Assembly: GCA_035624385.1 (NCBI GenBank)
Contig: DASPRP010000002.1
Coordinates: 7,702 to 71,701 of the forward strand
Direction of reading: 5' to 3'
DNA length: 64,000 nt
DNA from: Steroidobacteraceae bacterium
GTDB lineage: Bacteria > Pseudomonadota > Gammaproteobacteria > Steroidobacterales > Steroidobacteraceae
This document shows positions 49,130 through 58,118 of the stretch, piece after piece; within the stretch, counting starts at the first letter, position 1, and the number at the start of each line of letters is the position of its first letter. The notes beneath the pieces were generated by a model, which was not told the origin of the DNA, did not search any database, and worked only from the letters and a program-made list of their open reading frames with translations. Position numbers and translations under genes: made by a program.

Positions 49130-50155
49130 ATGCGCGAGCTCAAGGGAATTCCGGTCGTAACGGATGACGCGGCGACCCCGCGGAGCGGGGAAAAATACGT
49201 TACGCCTCAAGGGTTTACCGCCATTCGTGATGGCATCAAGGCCCGCACGCACCCGCCCGCGCCGCCCTCGCGCAAGCCACCCTGGCTCCGGGCCCGGGCC
49301 CCGACGGGCAACGGCTTTCAGGGGGTGAAGGCCGTCGTGCGCGAGCACCGACTCGCCACGGTGTGCGAGGAGGCCAAGTGTCCCAACATCGGTGAGTGCT
49401 GGAACGCCGGCACCGCGACGCTGATGCTGATGGGCGCAGTGTGCACGCGCGCCTGCCGCTTCTGCTCGGTCGATACCGGCAACCCCCACGGCTGGCTGGA
49501 CGCGGACGAGCCCGAGAACGCCGCACGCACCGTGGAGCTGATGAGGCTCAAGTACGTGGTGCTCACCTCGGTGGACCGGGACGATCTGCCCGACGGCGGC
49601 GCCGCTCACTACGCCGCCTGCGTGCGCGCCATCCGGGCGCGCAACCCGCAAGTTGCGGTCGAGGCGCTCACCCCCGATTTTCAGGGAGTGCTCGCCGACG
49701 TGGCCACGGTGGTCGACTCGGGTGTGGCGGTGTTCGCGCAGAACATCGAGACGGTGCGGCGGCTGACGCATCCGGTGCGCGATCCGCGCGCCGGCTATGA
49801 GCAGACGCTCAGCGTGCTCGCGCACGCCAAGCGACACCGGCCCGAGGTGCTCACCAAGAGCAGCCTGATGCTCGGGCTCGGGGAGACCGACGGGGAGATC
49901 GCCGCGACGCTCGCCGACCTGCGCGCGGCGCAGGTGGACATCGTGACGCTCGGGCAGTATCTGCGCCCGACGCTCAACCACCTGGCCGTCGAGCGCTTCG
50001 TCACGCCCGGGGAGTTCGACCGCTACCGCGGGGCGGCGCTCGCGCTCGGCTTTCTCGAGTGCGTCTCGGGGCCGCTGGTGCGCTCGAGCTATCGGGCGGA
50101 ACAGGCGCTCCATCGCAACAACGCCGGGCTCGACAATCGGAGTCTCGGGCCATGA
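49130..50155 (+). CDS. lipA: Lipoyl synthase
   Basis: Track ORF 49067..50155, trimmed to the ATG at 49130. [29 protein letters not shown] (radical SAM CxxxCxxC) and [10 protein letters not shown]. Confidence 0.93.
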   Translation: MRELKGIPVVTDDAATPRSGEKYVTPQGFTAIRDGIKARTHPPAPPSRKPPWLRARAPTGNGFQGVKAVVREHRLATVCEEAKCPNIGECWNAGTATLMLMGAVCTRACRFCSVDTGNPHGWLDADEPENAARTVELMRLKYVVLTSVDRDDLPDGGAAHYAACVRAIRARNPQVAVEALTPDFQGVLADVATVVDSGVAVFAQNIETVRRLTHPVRDPRAGYEQTLSVLAHAKRHRPEVLTKSSLMLGLGETDGEIAATLADLRAAQVDIVTLGQYLRPTLNHLAVERFVTPGEFDRYRGAALALGFLECVSGPLVRSSYRAEQALHRNNAGLDNRSLGP

Positions 50156-50823
50156 GCGCGGCGGAGCTGCTCAGCGCCGCGGTGACCTCGGCGCGCGTCC
50201 CGGCCGCGATGCCACCGGCGCTGAGCCGCCACCTCGGGCTCGTGGAGTACGAGCCCACCTGGCGCGCGATGCAGCGGTTCACCGCGGAGCGGGGCGCAGC
50301 GACAGCCGATGAGATCTGGTTCCTCGAGCATCCGCCGGTGTACACACTCGGCGCCAACGCCAGCCGTGCGCATCTGCTCTCGCCCGGCGACATCCCGGTG
50401 GTGCAGATCGACCGCGGCGGACAGGTTACCTACCACGGCCCCGGGCAACTGGTGGTGTACCCGCTCATCGACCTCAAGCGTATTGGCCTGGGTGTCCGCG
50501 ACTTCGTCACCGCGCTCGAGCGTGCGGTGATCGATCTCGCTGCCGAGTTCGGTATCGGGGCCGAGTCGCGCCGCAGCGCCCCGGGGGTGTATGTCGATGG
50601 AGCGAAGCTCGCGAGCGTCGGCGTGCGCGTGCGCCGCAACGGCAGCTACCACGGCCTGGCGCTCAACGTGGCGCTCGATCTCGAGCCCTTCACCCGCATC
50701 AACCCCTGCGGATACCGGGGCCTCGAGATGACGCAGCTCGCCTGGCTCGGCGGTCCGCGCTCGGTCTCAGAGTGCGCCGATGCGCTCGAGCCACATCTGA
50801 GGCGCACGCTCGGACTCATCTGA
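50152..50823 (+). CDS. lipB: Lipoyl(octanoyl) transferase
   Basis: Track ORF 50059..50823, trimmed to the ATG at 50152, which overlaps the lipA stop (ATGA). [47 protein letters not shown] and [21 protein letters not shown]. Confidence 0.9.
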   Translation: MSAAELLSAAVTSARVPAAMPPALSRHLGLVEYEPTWRAMQRFTAERGAATADEIWFLEHPPVYTLGANASRAHLLSPGDIPVVQIDRGGQVTYHGPGQLVVYPLIDLKRIGLGVRDFVTALERAVIDLAAEFGIGAESRRSAPGVYVDGAKLASVGVRVRRNGSYHGLALNVALDLEPFTRINPCGYRGLEMTQLAWLGGPRSVSECADALEPHLRRTLGLI

Positions 50824-50831
50824 TGCCGGCC

Positions 50832-50873
50832 CGACGCCGCCGCTCGCGGCGTCGAGGCGCCGCGCCCGCCTCA
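50832..50873. terminator. Two tandem GC-rich hairpins between convergent lipB and the TIR-TPR gene
   Basis: CGACGCCGC (50832-50840), loop CGCTC, GCGGCGTCG (50846-50854). Then GAGGCG (50855-50860) ... CGCCTC (50868-50873). There are no T-tracts. Confidence 0.4.
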
Positions 50874-50877
50874 GGCG

Positions 50878-52896
50878 TCAGTCGTCCTTCGCTACCGGCG
50901 GCATGCCGGTCCGCTTGAGGAGGGCCGGGTAGCGGGGATCGGCCTCGAGGCGCACGAGCAGCGCATCGCGCTTGAGGTAGAGGATCCCCGGATCGTGCTG
51001 CGTCACCGCCCGATCGAGCCACTCGAAGGCCTTCTCCGTATCGCCGAAGAAGCCGTAGGTCTCGGCGACCTGAAACTCCGCGCCCTCCGAGTGCGCCAGC
51101 AAGGCCTGCAATGCCGCCTGGGCCTCGCGCCGACGCTGGTTGGCGAAATAGCCGAGCGGCAGGCCGAAGCTCCGCCACGCGGGGTCGGTCTCGGCCTGAA
51201 ATGCCGCCAGCGCGCCCTGGCGATCGCCCTCGAGGAGCAGGGTGCGCCCGAGCTCGTAATGCAGGGCCGGGAAGCGCTCGTTCTCGGCGATCGCCGCGCG
51301 CAGCACGGCCTCCGCCTCCGCCGTCCGGCGCGCATAGTGCAAGGCCTTGCCCAGATACTTGCGGGTGACCAGGTTCAAGGGATCGCCGTCGACGGCGCGG
51401 TGAAAGTGAACCAGCGCCTCACTCATGCGCCCGATGGCGACCGTCAGGTGCCCCCGCATCTGCTCGGCGAAGGCGTTGTTGGGATCGAGCGTGGCGACTT
51501 TCTCGAGCGCCGCCGCGCCTCCTTGCCAATCGCCCTCGTACTGCATCTTCGCAGTCGCCAGCATGAGGTAGCCGTCGGCGAGCTGCGGATCGAGCTCGAT
51601 GGCACGGGTCGCGGCCGCGCTCGCCTTACGGTATGCGCCACCGGTGGTCTCGAGGCCGTTGGCGACGCGCCGGGTGTGCGCGTAGGCCAGTCCCGCCCAG
51701 GCCGCCGGGTAGTCGGGGTCGAGCTTCAATGCCTCCTGGTACAGCTGCACCGCCTGCTCGAGATCCGGGATCGTGTCGCGCGCGACCCGGTACTGCGCCT
51801 GCAGGTAAAGGTTGTGAGCCTCGATGTTGGTGGTCCGGCCTTCGGCCCCCTTGCCGACGCTGAGCAGGGCGAGCTTGAGCTCATCGGCCACCGCCCGTGC
51901 GATGTCGTCCTGCACGGCGAACACGTCGCGCACGTCGCGGTCGTAGGTCTGCGACCAGAGGTGAAAGCCGTCGTCCGCGCGTACCAGCTGCGCGGTGATG
52001 CGCATGTGATCGCCCGACTTGCGCACGCTTCCCTCGAGTACGTGGCTGACGCCGAGCGTGCGCGCGATCTCGCCGATCGTCACCGCCTTGCCCTTGAAGG
52101 AGAAGGAGGAGGTGCGCGCCGGGACCCGCAGCTGCGGCACCTTGGTGAGCACATCGATCAGCTCCTCGGCGAGACCGTCGGAGAAATACTCCTGGTCGTG
52201 CCGCTCGCTCATATCGGTGAAGGGCAGCACCGCCACGGAGCGCTCTGGCGCTGCGGTGGGCGCCGCGGCGCTGCCCGCGGCCGGCGCCGCGGGGACGCCC
52301 GCCCGGTCTGTCAGCGCGCGCCACGGCCGCAGCGCGAGGAACGCGCCGAGGACGAGCACGGCCGCCGCAGCCGCGATCACTGGCCACCTGGGGCGCGACT
52401 GACGCGAGGCCGGCGCACCCTGCGATGCGATCACCGCCGGCGCCGGCGGGGGAGCGGCTGCCGGTGCGCCGAGCAGTGTCGCGATCCGCTGCGCGAATTC
52501 GGGGGGCGTCTCCCCGCCGGGCAGCCGCGTCCACTGAACGCGCGCGAAGGACTCGGGCACATCGGCTGCGGCGAGCGGCGTGGCATCGACGCTCACCGGA
52601 ACGATGAAGGACTTGCTGCGGGCGATGCGCTGCGAGCGCTGATCGGCGAGCGTCCACTCGAGCCGAAAGTAGCCCTCGGGCCGCTGCGCGGTGTTGGCCG
52701 AGATCACCGGGACGAACAGCGCACAGTCGTGAATCTGCTGCCGGATCGTCTGATCCCAGAGATCGCCGCCGCGCAACTCGCTCTGATCGAGCCACACTTC
52801 GATAGCGGCGGCGCGCAGCGCCGCACCGATGCGCCGTGCGGCCTCGGCGTCCTGTGAAGCGTAGCTGATGAATACGGCGCGGGAGCCTTCGCTCAC
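50878..52896 (-). CDS. TIR-domain protein with a single TM segment and a periplasmic TolB-N-like/TPR sensor region
   Basis: Track ORF 50878..53061, trimmed to the GTG at 52896, 5 nt after the dat stop. Residues 7 to about 140 read VFISYASQDAEAARRIGAALRAAAIEVWLDQSELRGGDLW...ALFVPVISAN...FRLEW (TIR_2-like). The TM segment is WPVIAAAAAVLVLGAFLAL (about aa 171-190). Then comes VAVLPFTDMS...YFSDGLAEELIDVL...IARTLGVSHVLEGSVRKSG, the periplasmic module seen in CadC/cyclase-TPR sensors, followed by several TPR-like repeats. Confidence 0.8.
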   Translation of the reverse strand: MSEGSRAVFISYASQDAEAARRIGAALRAAAIEVWLDQSELRGGDLWDQTIRQQIHDCALFVPVISANTAQRPEGYFRLEWTLADQRSQRIARSKSFIVPVSVDATPLAAADVPESFARVQWTRLPGGETPPEFAQRIATLLGAPAAAPPPAPAVIASQGAPASRQSRPRWPVIAAAAAVLVLGAFLALRPWRALTDRAGVPAAPAAGSAAAPTAAPERSVAVLPFTDMSERHDQEYFSDGLAEELIDVLTKVPQLRVPARTSSFSFKGKAVTIGEIARTLGVSHVLEGSVRKSGDHMRITAQLVRADDGFHLWSQTYDRDVRDVFAVQDDIARAVADELKLALLSVGKGAEGRTTNIEAHNLYLQAQYRVARDTIPDLEQAVQLYQEALKLDPDYPAAWAGLAYAHTRRVANGLETTGGAYRKASAAATRAIELDPQLADGYLMLATAKMQYEGDWQGGAAALEKVATLDPNNAFAEQMRGHLTVAIGRMSEALVHFHRAVDGDPLNLVTRKYLGKALHYARRTAEAEAVLRAAIAENERFPALHYELGRTLLLEGDRQGALAAFQAETDPAWRSFGLPLGYFANQRRREAQAALQALLAHSEGAEFQVAETYGFFGDTEKAFEWLDRAVTQHDPGILYLKRDALLVRLEADPRYPALLKRTGMPPVAKDD

Positions 52897-52900
52897 GGAG

Positions 52901-53773
52901 CTACCACGGCGTCCCGGCGAGCTCGCGCTTGTAGCGCTGCAGCTCCTCGTAGACCGCGCGCCACTGTGGTCCGGGGTGGCCCGCGCCGACCGGCCGGCCG
53001 TCGAGGCGCGTGACCGGCTGCACCTCGCGCGTGGCGGCGGAGAGCCAGATCTCATCCGCATCGCGCAGCTGCGCCGCGGTGACCGGGGAGGAGCGCCAGG
53101 GGAGCCCCGCGCGCGTGGCCATCTCCTCGACCACGCTGCGCGTAGTGCCCGGCAGGATGCGGCGCGAATTGGGTGGCGTGAGGAGCTCGCGCCCCACCAC
53201 CACGTGCACCGCCGAGGACGAGGCCTCCGTCAGCTCCCCGTCGCGCAGCAGGATCGTCTCGCTCGCGCCGGCGTCGACCGATTCCTGGCGCAGCAGCACG
53301 TTCGCGAGCAGCGCCACCGACTTCACGTCGCAACGCGCCCAGCGGATGTCGGCGGCGCTGATGCAGGCGACCCCGCTCGCGAGCTGCTCGGCCGTGATCG
53401 GCGGCAGCGGCGCGCAGAAGGCAAACACGGTGCGCGGAATGTCCGGAAGCGGCGCGTGGGTGCGGCCGCTCTGCGCGCCGCGGGTGACCTGCCAGTAGAT
53501 GTACTGATCGCCGCCGCCGTTGCGCTCGAGCAGGGTGCCGAGAATCGCGCGCCACTCAGGTCGCGTATGCGGATCCTCCATGCGCAGCGCGCCGAGGCTG
53601 CGCGTCAGCCGCCCGGCGTGGGCGTCGAAACGGAACGGACGCCCGCCGTACACCGGCATCACCTCGTAGACGCCGTCGGCGTAGAGGAAGCCGCGGTCGA
53701 GCGGCGAGATGCGCGCCTCCCTGAGCGGCAGGTAGGCTCCGTTGAGATAACAGAGTGGAAACGGATCGGCCAC
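52901..53773 (-). CDS. dat: D-amino-acid (D-alanine) aminotransferase, fold-type IV
   Basis: Track ORF 52901..54046, trimmed to the GTG at 53773 (GGGGAG RBS 9 nt upstream). YLNGAYLPLREARISPLDRGFLYADGVYEV, VKSVALLANVL, EASSSAV and ILPGTTR are class IV aminotransferase motifs. About 290 aa, as for Dat. Confidence 0.82.
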   Translation of the reverse strand: MADPFPLCYLNGAYLPLREARISPLDRGFLYADGVYEVMPVYGGRPFRFDAHAGRLTRSLGALRMEDPHTRPEWRAILGTLLERNGGGDQYIYWQVTRGAQSGRTHAPLPDIPRTVFAFCAPLPPITAEQLASGVACISAADIRWARCDVKSVALLANVLLRQESVDAGASETILLRDGELTEASSSAVHVVVGRELLTPPNSRRILPGTTRSVVEEMATRAGLPWRSSPVTAAQLRDADEIWLSAATREVQPVTRLDGRPVGAGHPGPQWRAVYEELQRYKRELAGTPW

Positions 53774-53807
53774 GGCTTTCAGCTCCCCAGGGCTCGCGTG
53801 CTCGAGG

Positions 53808-54971
53808 TCATTTCTTGCGGAACCACAGTGCGATGCTGTCCACCAGGCGTGTCCACAGCCCTCCCTGCGGCACCGCCGCGAGCGACACGAGCGGGGCGCG
53901 CGCGAGCACCTCGCCCGAGCCGTCCGTGACCGTGAGCTCGCCGAGCCGCTCACCCGGGGCGAGCGGCGCGATGAGCGGCTCGTGATCGAGGCGCGCCGTG
54001 GTGGTGAGCGCGGCGCCCTGACCGCGTGGCACCAGCGCGTAGACATCCGCCGGCACGCCGATTGCGGCGAACTCGGATGCCGACTTGTAGACGCGGGGCT
54101 TCAGCACGGTCGTGCCTGCCGTCTTGACGTGCAGGGATTCGAAGAAGGTGTAGCCGTAATTCAGGAGCGCGGCGCTCGCTTCCTCGCGCGCCCGCTCGCT
54201 CGGCGCACCCATGACCACGGATATCAGGCGCATACCCTCGCGGTTGGCCGAGCTCACCAGGCAGAAGCCTGCCGTCTCGGTGTGTCCGGTCTTCAGGCCG
54301 TCGACCGTGGGGTCCTTGCTGAGGAGCGTGTTGCGGTTGCCCTGGCGGATGTTGTTCCACATGAACTCGCGCAGGCTGAAGAGACCGTAGTACTGCGGGA
54401 ACTGGCGGATCAGCGCGCTGGCGAGCGTCGCCATGTCGCGCGCGGTGGTGTAGTGCTCGGGCGCCGGCAGGCCGTCGCTGTTGACGAAGTGGGTCGAGCT
54501 CATGCCGAGACGGCGCGCGTACTCGTTCATCACCTGCGCGAAGGCCTCCTCGGTGCCGCCCAGCTTCTCGGCGAGGGCGATGGTGGCGTCGTTACCCGAC
54601 TGCACGATCATGCCCTTGACGAGGATGTCGACGGGAATCCGCGTGCCGACCTGCACGAAAGTGCGCGAGCCTTCCGCCTTCCAGGCGTGCTTGCTGATCA
54701 CCGCCTCGTCGGTGAGCTTGAGCCGGCCGTCGACCAGCGCCTGGAAGACCACGTAGGTCGTCATGAGCTTGGTGAGGCTCGCCGGCTCCTCGCGGGCGTC
54801 GGCATTGCGATTGGCGAGCACCTTGCCCGTGAAGTGATCGACCAGTATCCAGGCGCGGGCGTTGACGGTGGGCGGCGCCGGGACCGGCGGCGCGGCGGCC
54901 CGGCCGGTGAGCGGCGCGGCCGCGGCGAGCGCCAGCACGGCGCCGTGTAGGGCGAGACGCGTACCTGTCAC
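53808..54971 (-). CDS. dacC: D-alanyl-D-alanine carboxypeptidase (PBP5/6 family)
   Basis: Track ORF 53808..55004. The GTG at 54971 is preferred (GAAGGAA RBS); the track start is a TTG inside a hairpin. Motifs: PASLTKLMT (SxxK), SGNDA (SxN) and KTGHT (KTG), plus a signal peptide. Confidence 0.88.
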   Translation of the reverse strand: MTGTRLALHGAVLALAAAAPLTGRAAAPPVPAPPTVNARAWILVDHFTGKVLANRNADAREEPASLTKLMTTYVVFQALVDGRLKLTDEAVISKHAWKAEGSRTFVQVGTRIPVDILVKGMIVQSGNDATIALAEKLGGTEEAFAQVMNEYARRLGMSSTHFVNSDGLPAPEHYTTARDMATLASALIRQFPQYYGLFSLREFMWNNIRQGNRNTLLSKDPTVDGLKTGHTETAGFCLVSSANREGMRLISVVMGAPSERAREEASAALLNYGYTFFESLHVKTAGTTVLKPRVYKSASEFAAIGVPADVYALVPRGQGAALTTTARLDHEPLIAPLAPGERLGELTVTDGSGEVLARAPLVSLAAVPQGGLWTRLVDSIALWFRKK

Positions 54972-55012
54972 CGCAGGAATTCCTTCGGTTGCGGAAAACC
55001 GCAAAGTCTAGC

Positions 55013-55864
55013 TCAGTCGGTCACCAGACGGGCGTCGGGAATGCCCAGGGCGGCGAGCCGGGCCGCCAGCGCGTCGAACTCGGCGACGCTGCCGACCGGG
55101 CCGACGCGTACACGGTAGAGCTGCGAGCGGCCCGCGGGCGGCGGCACCACGAAGGCACTCGCGAGGCCCGCGGCCTGCAGCCGCCGGAGCTCGCGCTCGG
55201 CATTGGCGGGATCGGCGAACGCGCCCGTCTGTACGTACAGCAGCGCGCGCGAAGGCGGCGGCGTGGGCGACGCCGCCGGCGGCGCGCCGTCCATCAGCAA
55301 CGACGCTGCCGTGTGCGTTGCCGGCGTCAGCGCCTGTACCTCGACCATGGCGGTGCCTTCGCGCAGCATGTCGAGCTTCGCCGCCGCCGTGTACGAGAGG
55401 TCGATGATGCGGTTGGCGACGAACGGGCCGCGGTCGTTGATGCGCACTACGACGCTCCTGCCGTTGACGAGATTGGTGACGCGCGCGTAGGTGGGCAGCG
55501 GGAGCGTGCGATGCGCGGCCGTCATGCCGTACATGTTGTAAGGCTCGCCGCTCGAGGTATTGCCGCCGTGAAAGGTCGGGCCATACCAGGAGGCGACGCC
55601 GCGCTCGAGGTAGCCGTCTGCGGATGCGAGCACGAAGTAGCGCCGGCCGAGAGCGTCGTAGAACGGCGGGTTGCCGTGGAGGCTGCGTGGCTCGGCGTGC
55701 GGCACGGGCTCGGGGACGGCGGCGATGTCGGCGGGCGGCGGTGCGGGTGCGGGCAGCGGCGCAGGGATCCGGCGCGCGGTGGTGGCGCAGGCGGCCAGCG
55801 TGAGCGCCAGGAGTGCGGCGACGGCCGCGCGCGGCGGCGGCAGGAAACGCAGCGCGCGCGTCAC
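55013..55864 (-). CDS. rlpA: Septal ring lytic transglycosylase RlpA (DPBB domain plus C-terminal SPOR domain), lipoprotein
   Basis: Track ORF 55013..56182, trimmed to the GTG at 55864, which overlaps the mltB stop. Lipobox LALTLAAC. GVASWYG..FHG..T.SGE.Y....MTAAH.TLPLPTY.RVTN..NGRSVVVR.NDRGPF, with a SPOR-like C-terminus (LYVQTGAF...A...). Confidence 0.88.
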   Translation of the reverse strand: MTRALRFLPPPRAAVAALLALTLAACATTARRIPAPLPAPAPPPADIAAVPEPVPHAEPRSLHGNPPFYDALGRRYFVLASADGYLERGVASWYGPTFHGGNTSSGEPYNMYGMTAAHRTLPLPTYARVTNLVNGRSVVVRINDRGPFVANRIIDLSYTAAAKLDMLREGTAMVEVQALTPATHTAASLLMDGAPPAASPTPPPSRALLYVQTGAFADPANAERELRRLQAAGLASAFVVPPPAGRSQLYRVRVGPVGSVAEFDALAARLAALGIPDARLVTD

Positions 55865-56937
55865 GGGGGCATTGCGCGCACGCGCGCCGCGACGGCGGTG
55901 GCGAGATCGTGTACGGTCATGGCGTAGCGCGCGCTGTGGTTGTAGCGGGTGATCACGTAGAAATTGTGGAAGCCGACGCGGTAGGCGGGGCCATCGCGCT
56001 GCTCCGCTGAGATCAGCATCGCCGGGGTGTCGGCCGGGACGTCCAGCTCGACCTTGACGCCATGTGCGCCGAGTGAGCCCACGGTCTCGTTGAGCTCGAG
56101 GTTGTGCGGCTCGATCTTGAAGCTCGGGTCGGGATCGAGAGCGGTCTCGGCCAGTACCGGCGCTCCCGGCGTCCAGCCCCACTCGTGCAGGTAGTTCGCG
56201 ACGCTCGCGAGGATGTCGTCCCAGTTGTCCCAGAGGTCACGCTTCCTGTCGCTGTCGGCATCCACGGCATAGCGCCGGTAGACCGAGGGCATGAATTGCG
56301 GTACGCCCATGGCGCCGGCGTAAGAGCCGCAGGTGGTGAGCGGGTCGAGCTTGTTCTCGCGGGTGAGGAGCAGGAACTGCTCGAGCTCGCCACGGAAGTA
56401 GCTGCCGCGTGGCGGATAGTCGAAGGCGAGTGTCGCGAGCGCATCGAGCACACGGTACCTGCAGGTCGTGCGTCCGTAGAAGGTCTCGACGCCGATGATC
56501 GCCACCAGGTACTCCGGTGGTACGTGGTATTCGGCGGCAATGCGCTCGAGCACGAGCCGGTGATCGAGCCACAACTGGGCGCCCTTGTCGATGCGCTCCT
56601 CGGTGAGGAAGTGCTCGCGGTACTCCCACCACGGAGCGACGCGCTCGAGCGGCCGGCCCATGATCTCGAGAACCTTCGGCTGCGGCTGCGCCTGCGCGAG
56701 CAGCGCCACCACGGCCGTGCGGCTCCAGCCGTCATGAGTCACCACCTCGTCGATGAATTGCGCGACTTCCGGCCGGTGTAAGTCGAAGGGCGCCGCGGTC
56801 GGCTCCGGAGCCGGTGTTGCCGGCGCGGGCTGCGTGGCGGACGGTGGCGGCGCGGGCTGGGCTTGCATCGCGGCCGCCTGCGCCGCGAGCGGGGCGCACA
56901 CGAGTGTCGCGATCAGGAGACGGCGGCAGCGGCTCAA
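55861..56937 (-). CDS. mltB: Lytic murein transglycosylase B family (MltB/SltB1-like)
   Basis: 358 aa with a signal peptide. IIGVETFYGR, AGAMGVPQFMPS.Y..YAVD.D.D...D.W and ...NF.VI.RYN.S..YAM.V..L are the family 3 lytic transglycosylase pattern. Confidence 0.88.
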   Translation of the reverse strand: MSRCRRLLIATLVCAPLAAQAAAMQAQPAPPPSATQPAPATPAPEPTAAPFDLHRPEVAQFIDEVVTHDGWSRTAVVALLAQAQPQPKVLEIMGRPLERVAPWWEYREHFLTEERIDKGAQLWLDHRLVLERIAAEYHVPPEYLVAIIGVETFYGRTTCRYRVLDALATLAFDYPPRGSYFRGELEQFLLLTRENKLDPLTTCGSYAGAMGVPQFMPSVYRRYAVDADSDRKRDLWDNWDDILASVANYLHEWGWTPGAPVLAETALDPDPSFKIEPHNLELNETVGSLGAHGVKVELDVPADTPAMLISAEQRDGPAYRVGFHNFYVITRYNHSARYAMTVHDLATAVAARVRAMPP

Positions 56938-56978
56938 AGGACGGCGCTTCCCTTCATCCGGCGGAACCGGGTCGGTGC

Positions 56979-58118
56979 CTAGGAGCCGACGAGCTTCCGC
57001 CGCGAATACAGCGCCATGAGAATACCGAAGCCGGCGAGGAGCGTCACGACCGAGCTGCCCCCGTAGCTCACGAGCGGCAGCGGCACGCCGACCACCGGCA
57101 GCAGCCCCGTCACCATGCCGGCGTTGATCAGCACGTAGACGAAGAAGGTGAGTGCGATGCTGCCGGCGAGCAGCCGTGCGAAGGTGTCCTGCGTCTGCGT
57201 GGCGAGATAGATCGAGCGTGCCACGACGAACAGGTAGAGCAGCAACAGCAGCAGCAGCCCGAGCAGGCCGAACTCCTCGCCCACCACGGCGAATACGAAG
57301 TCGGTGGAGCGCTCGGGCAGGAACTCGAGCTGCGCCTGGCTGCCGTTCATCCAGCCCTTGCCGAACACGCCCCCCGAGCCGATCGCGATCTGCGACTGGA
57401 TGATGTGATAGCCCGCGCCGAGCGGGTCGGTCTGCGGGTTGAGGAAGGTGAGGACGCGGCGGCGCTGGTAGTCGTGCATGAAGCTCCAGCCGAACCAGGC
57501 GCCCACCGCGGCGAGCGCCAGGAGTGCCGCCATCACCCGCACGCGCAGCCCCGCGAGTACGATGACCAGGGCGCCCGCGACCGCGATCAGCGCCGCCGTG
57601 CCGAGATCGGGCTCGAGCGCGACCAGCGCCACGGGCAGGAGGATCACACCCGCGAGCGCCGCCAGCGACAGCAGGCTCGGCGGCAGCGCGCGCTCGTGCA
57701 GGTACCAGGCGCAGGTCATCGGCACGGCGAGCTTCATGAGCTCGGAGGGCTGGAAGCGGAACAGGCCGAGATTGAGCCAGCGCTGCGCGCCGAGGCCGGT
57801 GTGACCGAAGGCGGCGACGATCAGCAGCAACAACACCCCGGCGGCGTACAGCCAGGGCGTCGAGCGGCGCAGAAAGTTGGGATTGACGCGCGCCAGCAGC
57901 AGCATCGCCACGGTCCCGAGAACGAGGCGCATGACCGTGCGCACCACCGTGCCGGTGCTCTGCCCCGAGGCGCTGTAGAGCACGATGAGCCCGAAGGCCG
58001 CGATCAGCGCCAGTCCCACCACTAGCGGGCCGTCGATCTTCAGCGCGAACAGCACGCGCGCCGCTCCCGTGAGCGTGCGCCGGGTGCGCGAGCCGTAGGG
58101 GAGTTCCTCGTAGATCAT
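56979..58118 (-). CDS. rodA: Peptidoglycan glycosyltransferase RodA (SEDS family)
   Basis: 379 aa polytopic membrane protein. RWLNLG.FRFQPSELMKL, PDLGTA, ERSTDFVFAV.GEE.G and LPLVSYGGSS. ATGA overlap with mrdA. Confidence 0.95.
   Translation of the reverse strand: MIYEELPYGSRTRRTLTGAARVLFALKIDGPLVVGLALIAAFGLIVLYSASGQSTGTVVRTVMRLVLGTVAMLLLARVNPNFLRRSTPWLYAAGVLLLLIVAAFGHTGLGAQRWLNLGLFRFQPSELMKLAVPMTCAWYLHERALPPSLLSLAALAGVILLPVALVALEPDLGTAALIAVAGALVIVLAGLRVRVMAALLALAAVGAWFGWSFMHDYQRRRVLTFLNPQTDPLGAGYHIIQSQIAIGSGGVFGKGWMNGSQAQLEFLPERSTDFVFAVVGEEFGLLGLLLLLLLYLFVVARSIYLATQTQDTFARLLAGSIALTFFVYVLINAGMVTGLLPVVGVPLPLVSYGGSSVVTLLAGFGILMALYSRRKLVGS

Noticed and set aside
54989-55004. Perfect inverted repeat TTGCGG-AAAA-CCGCAA between rlpA and dacC
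   Set aside because: It has only a 6-bp stem and lies inside what is otherwise a continuous operon. It most likely just explains why the track chose a TTG start at 55004. It may be a weak attenuator, but I cannot support that.
57241-57262. Short CAG/CAA trinucleotide run (agcaacagcagcagcagcc)
   Set aside because: It encodes the poly-Leu stretch LLLLLLL of a RodA transmembrane helix on the minus strand. It is too short to be a meaningful microsatellite.
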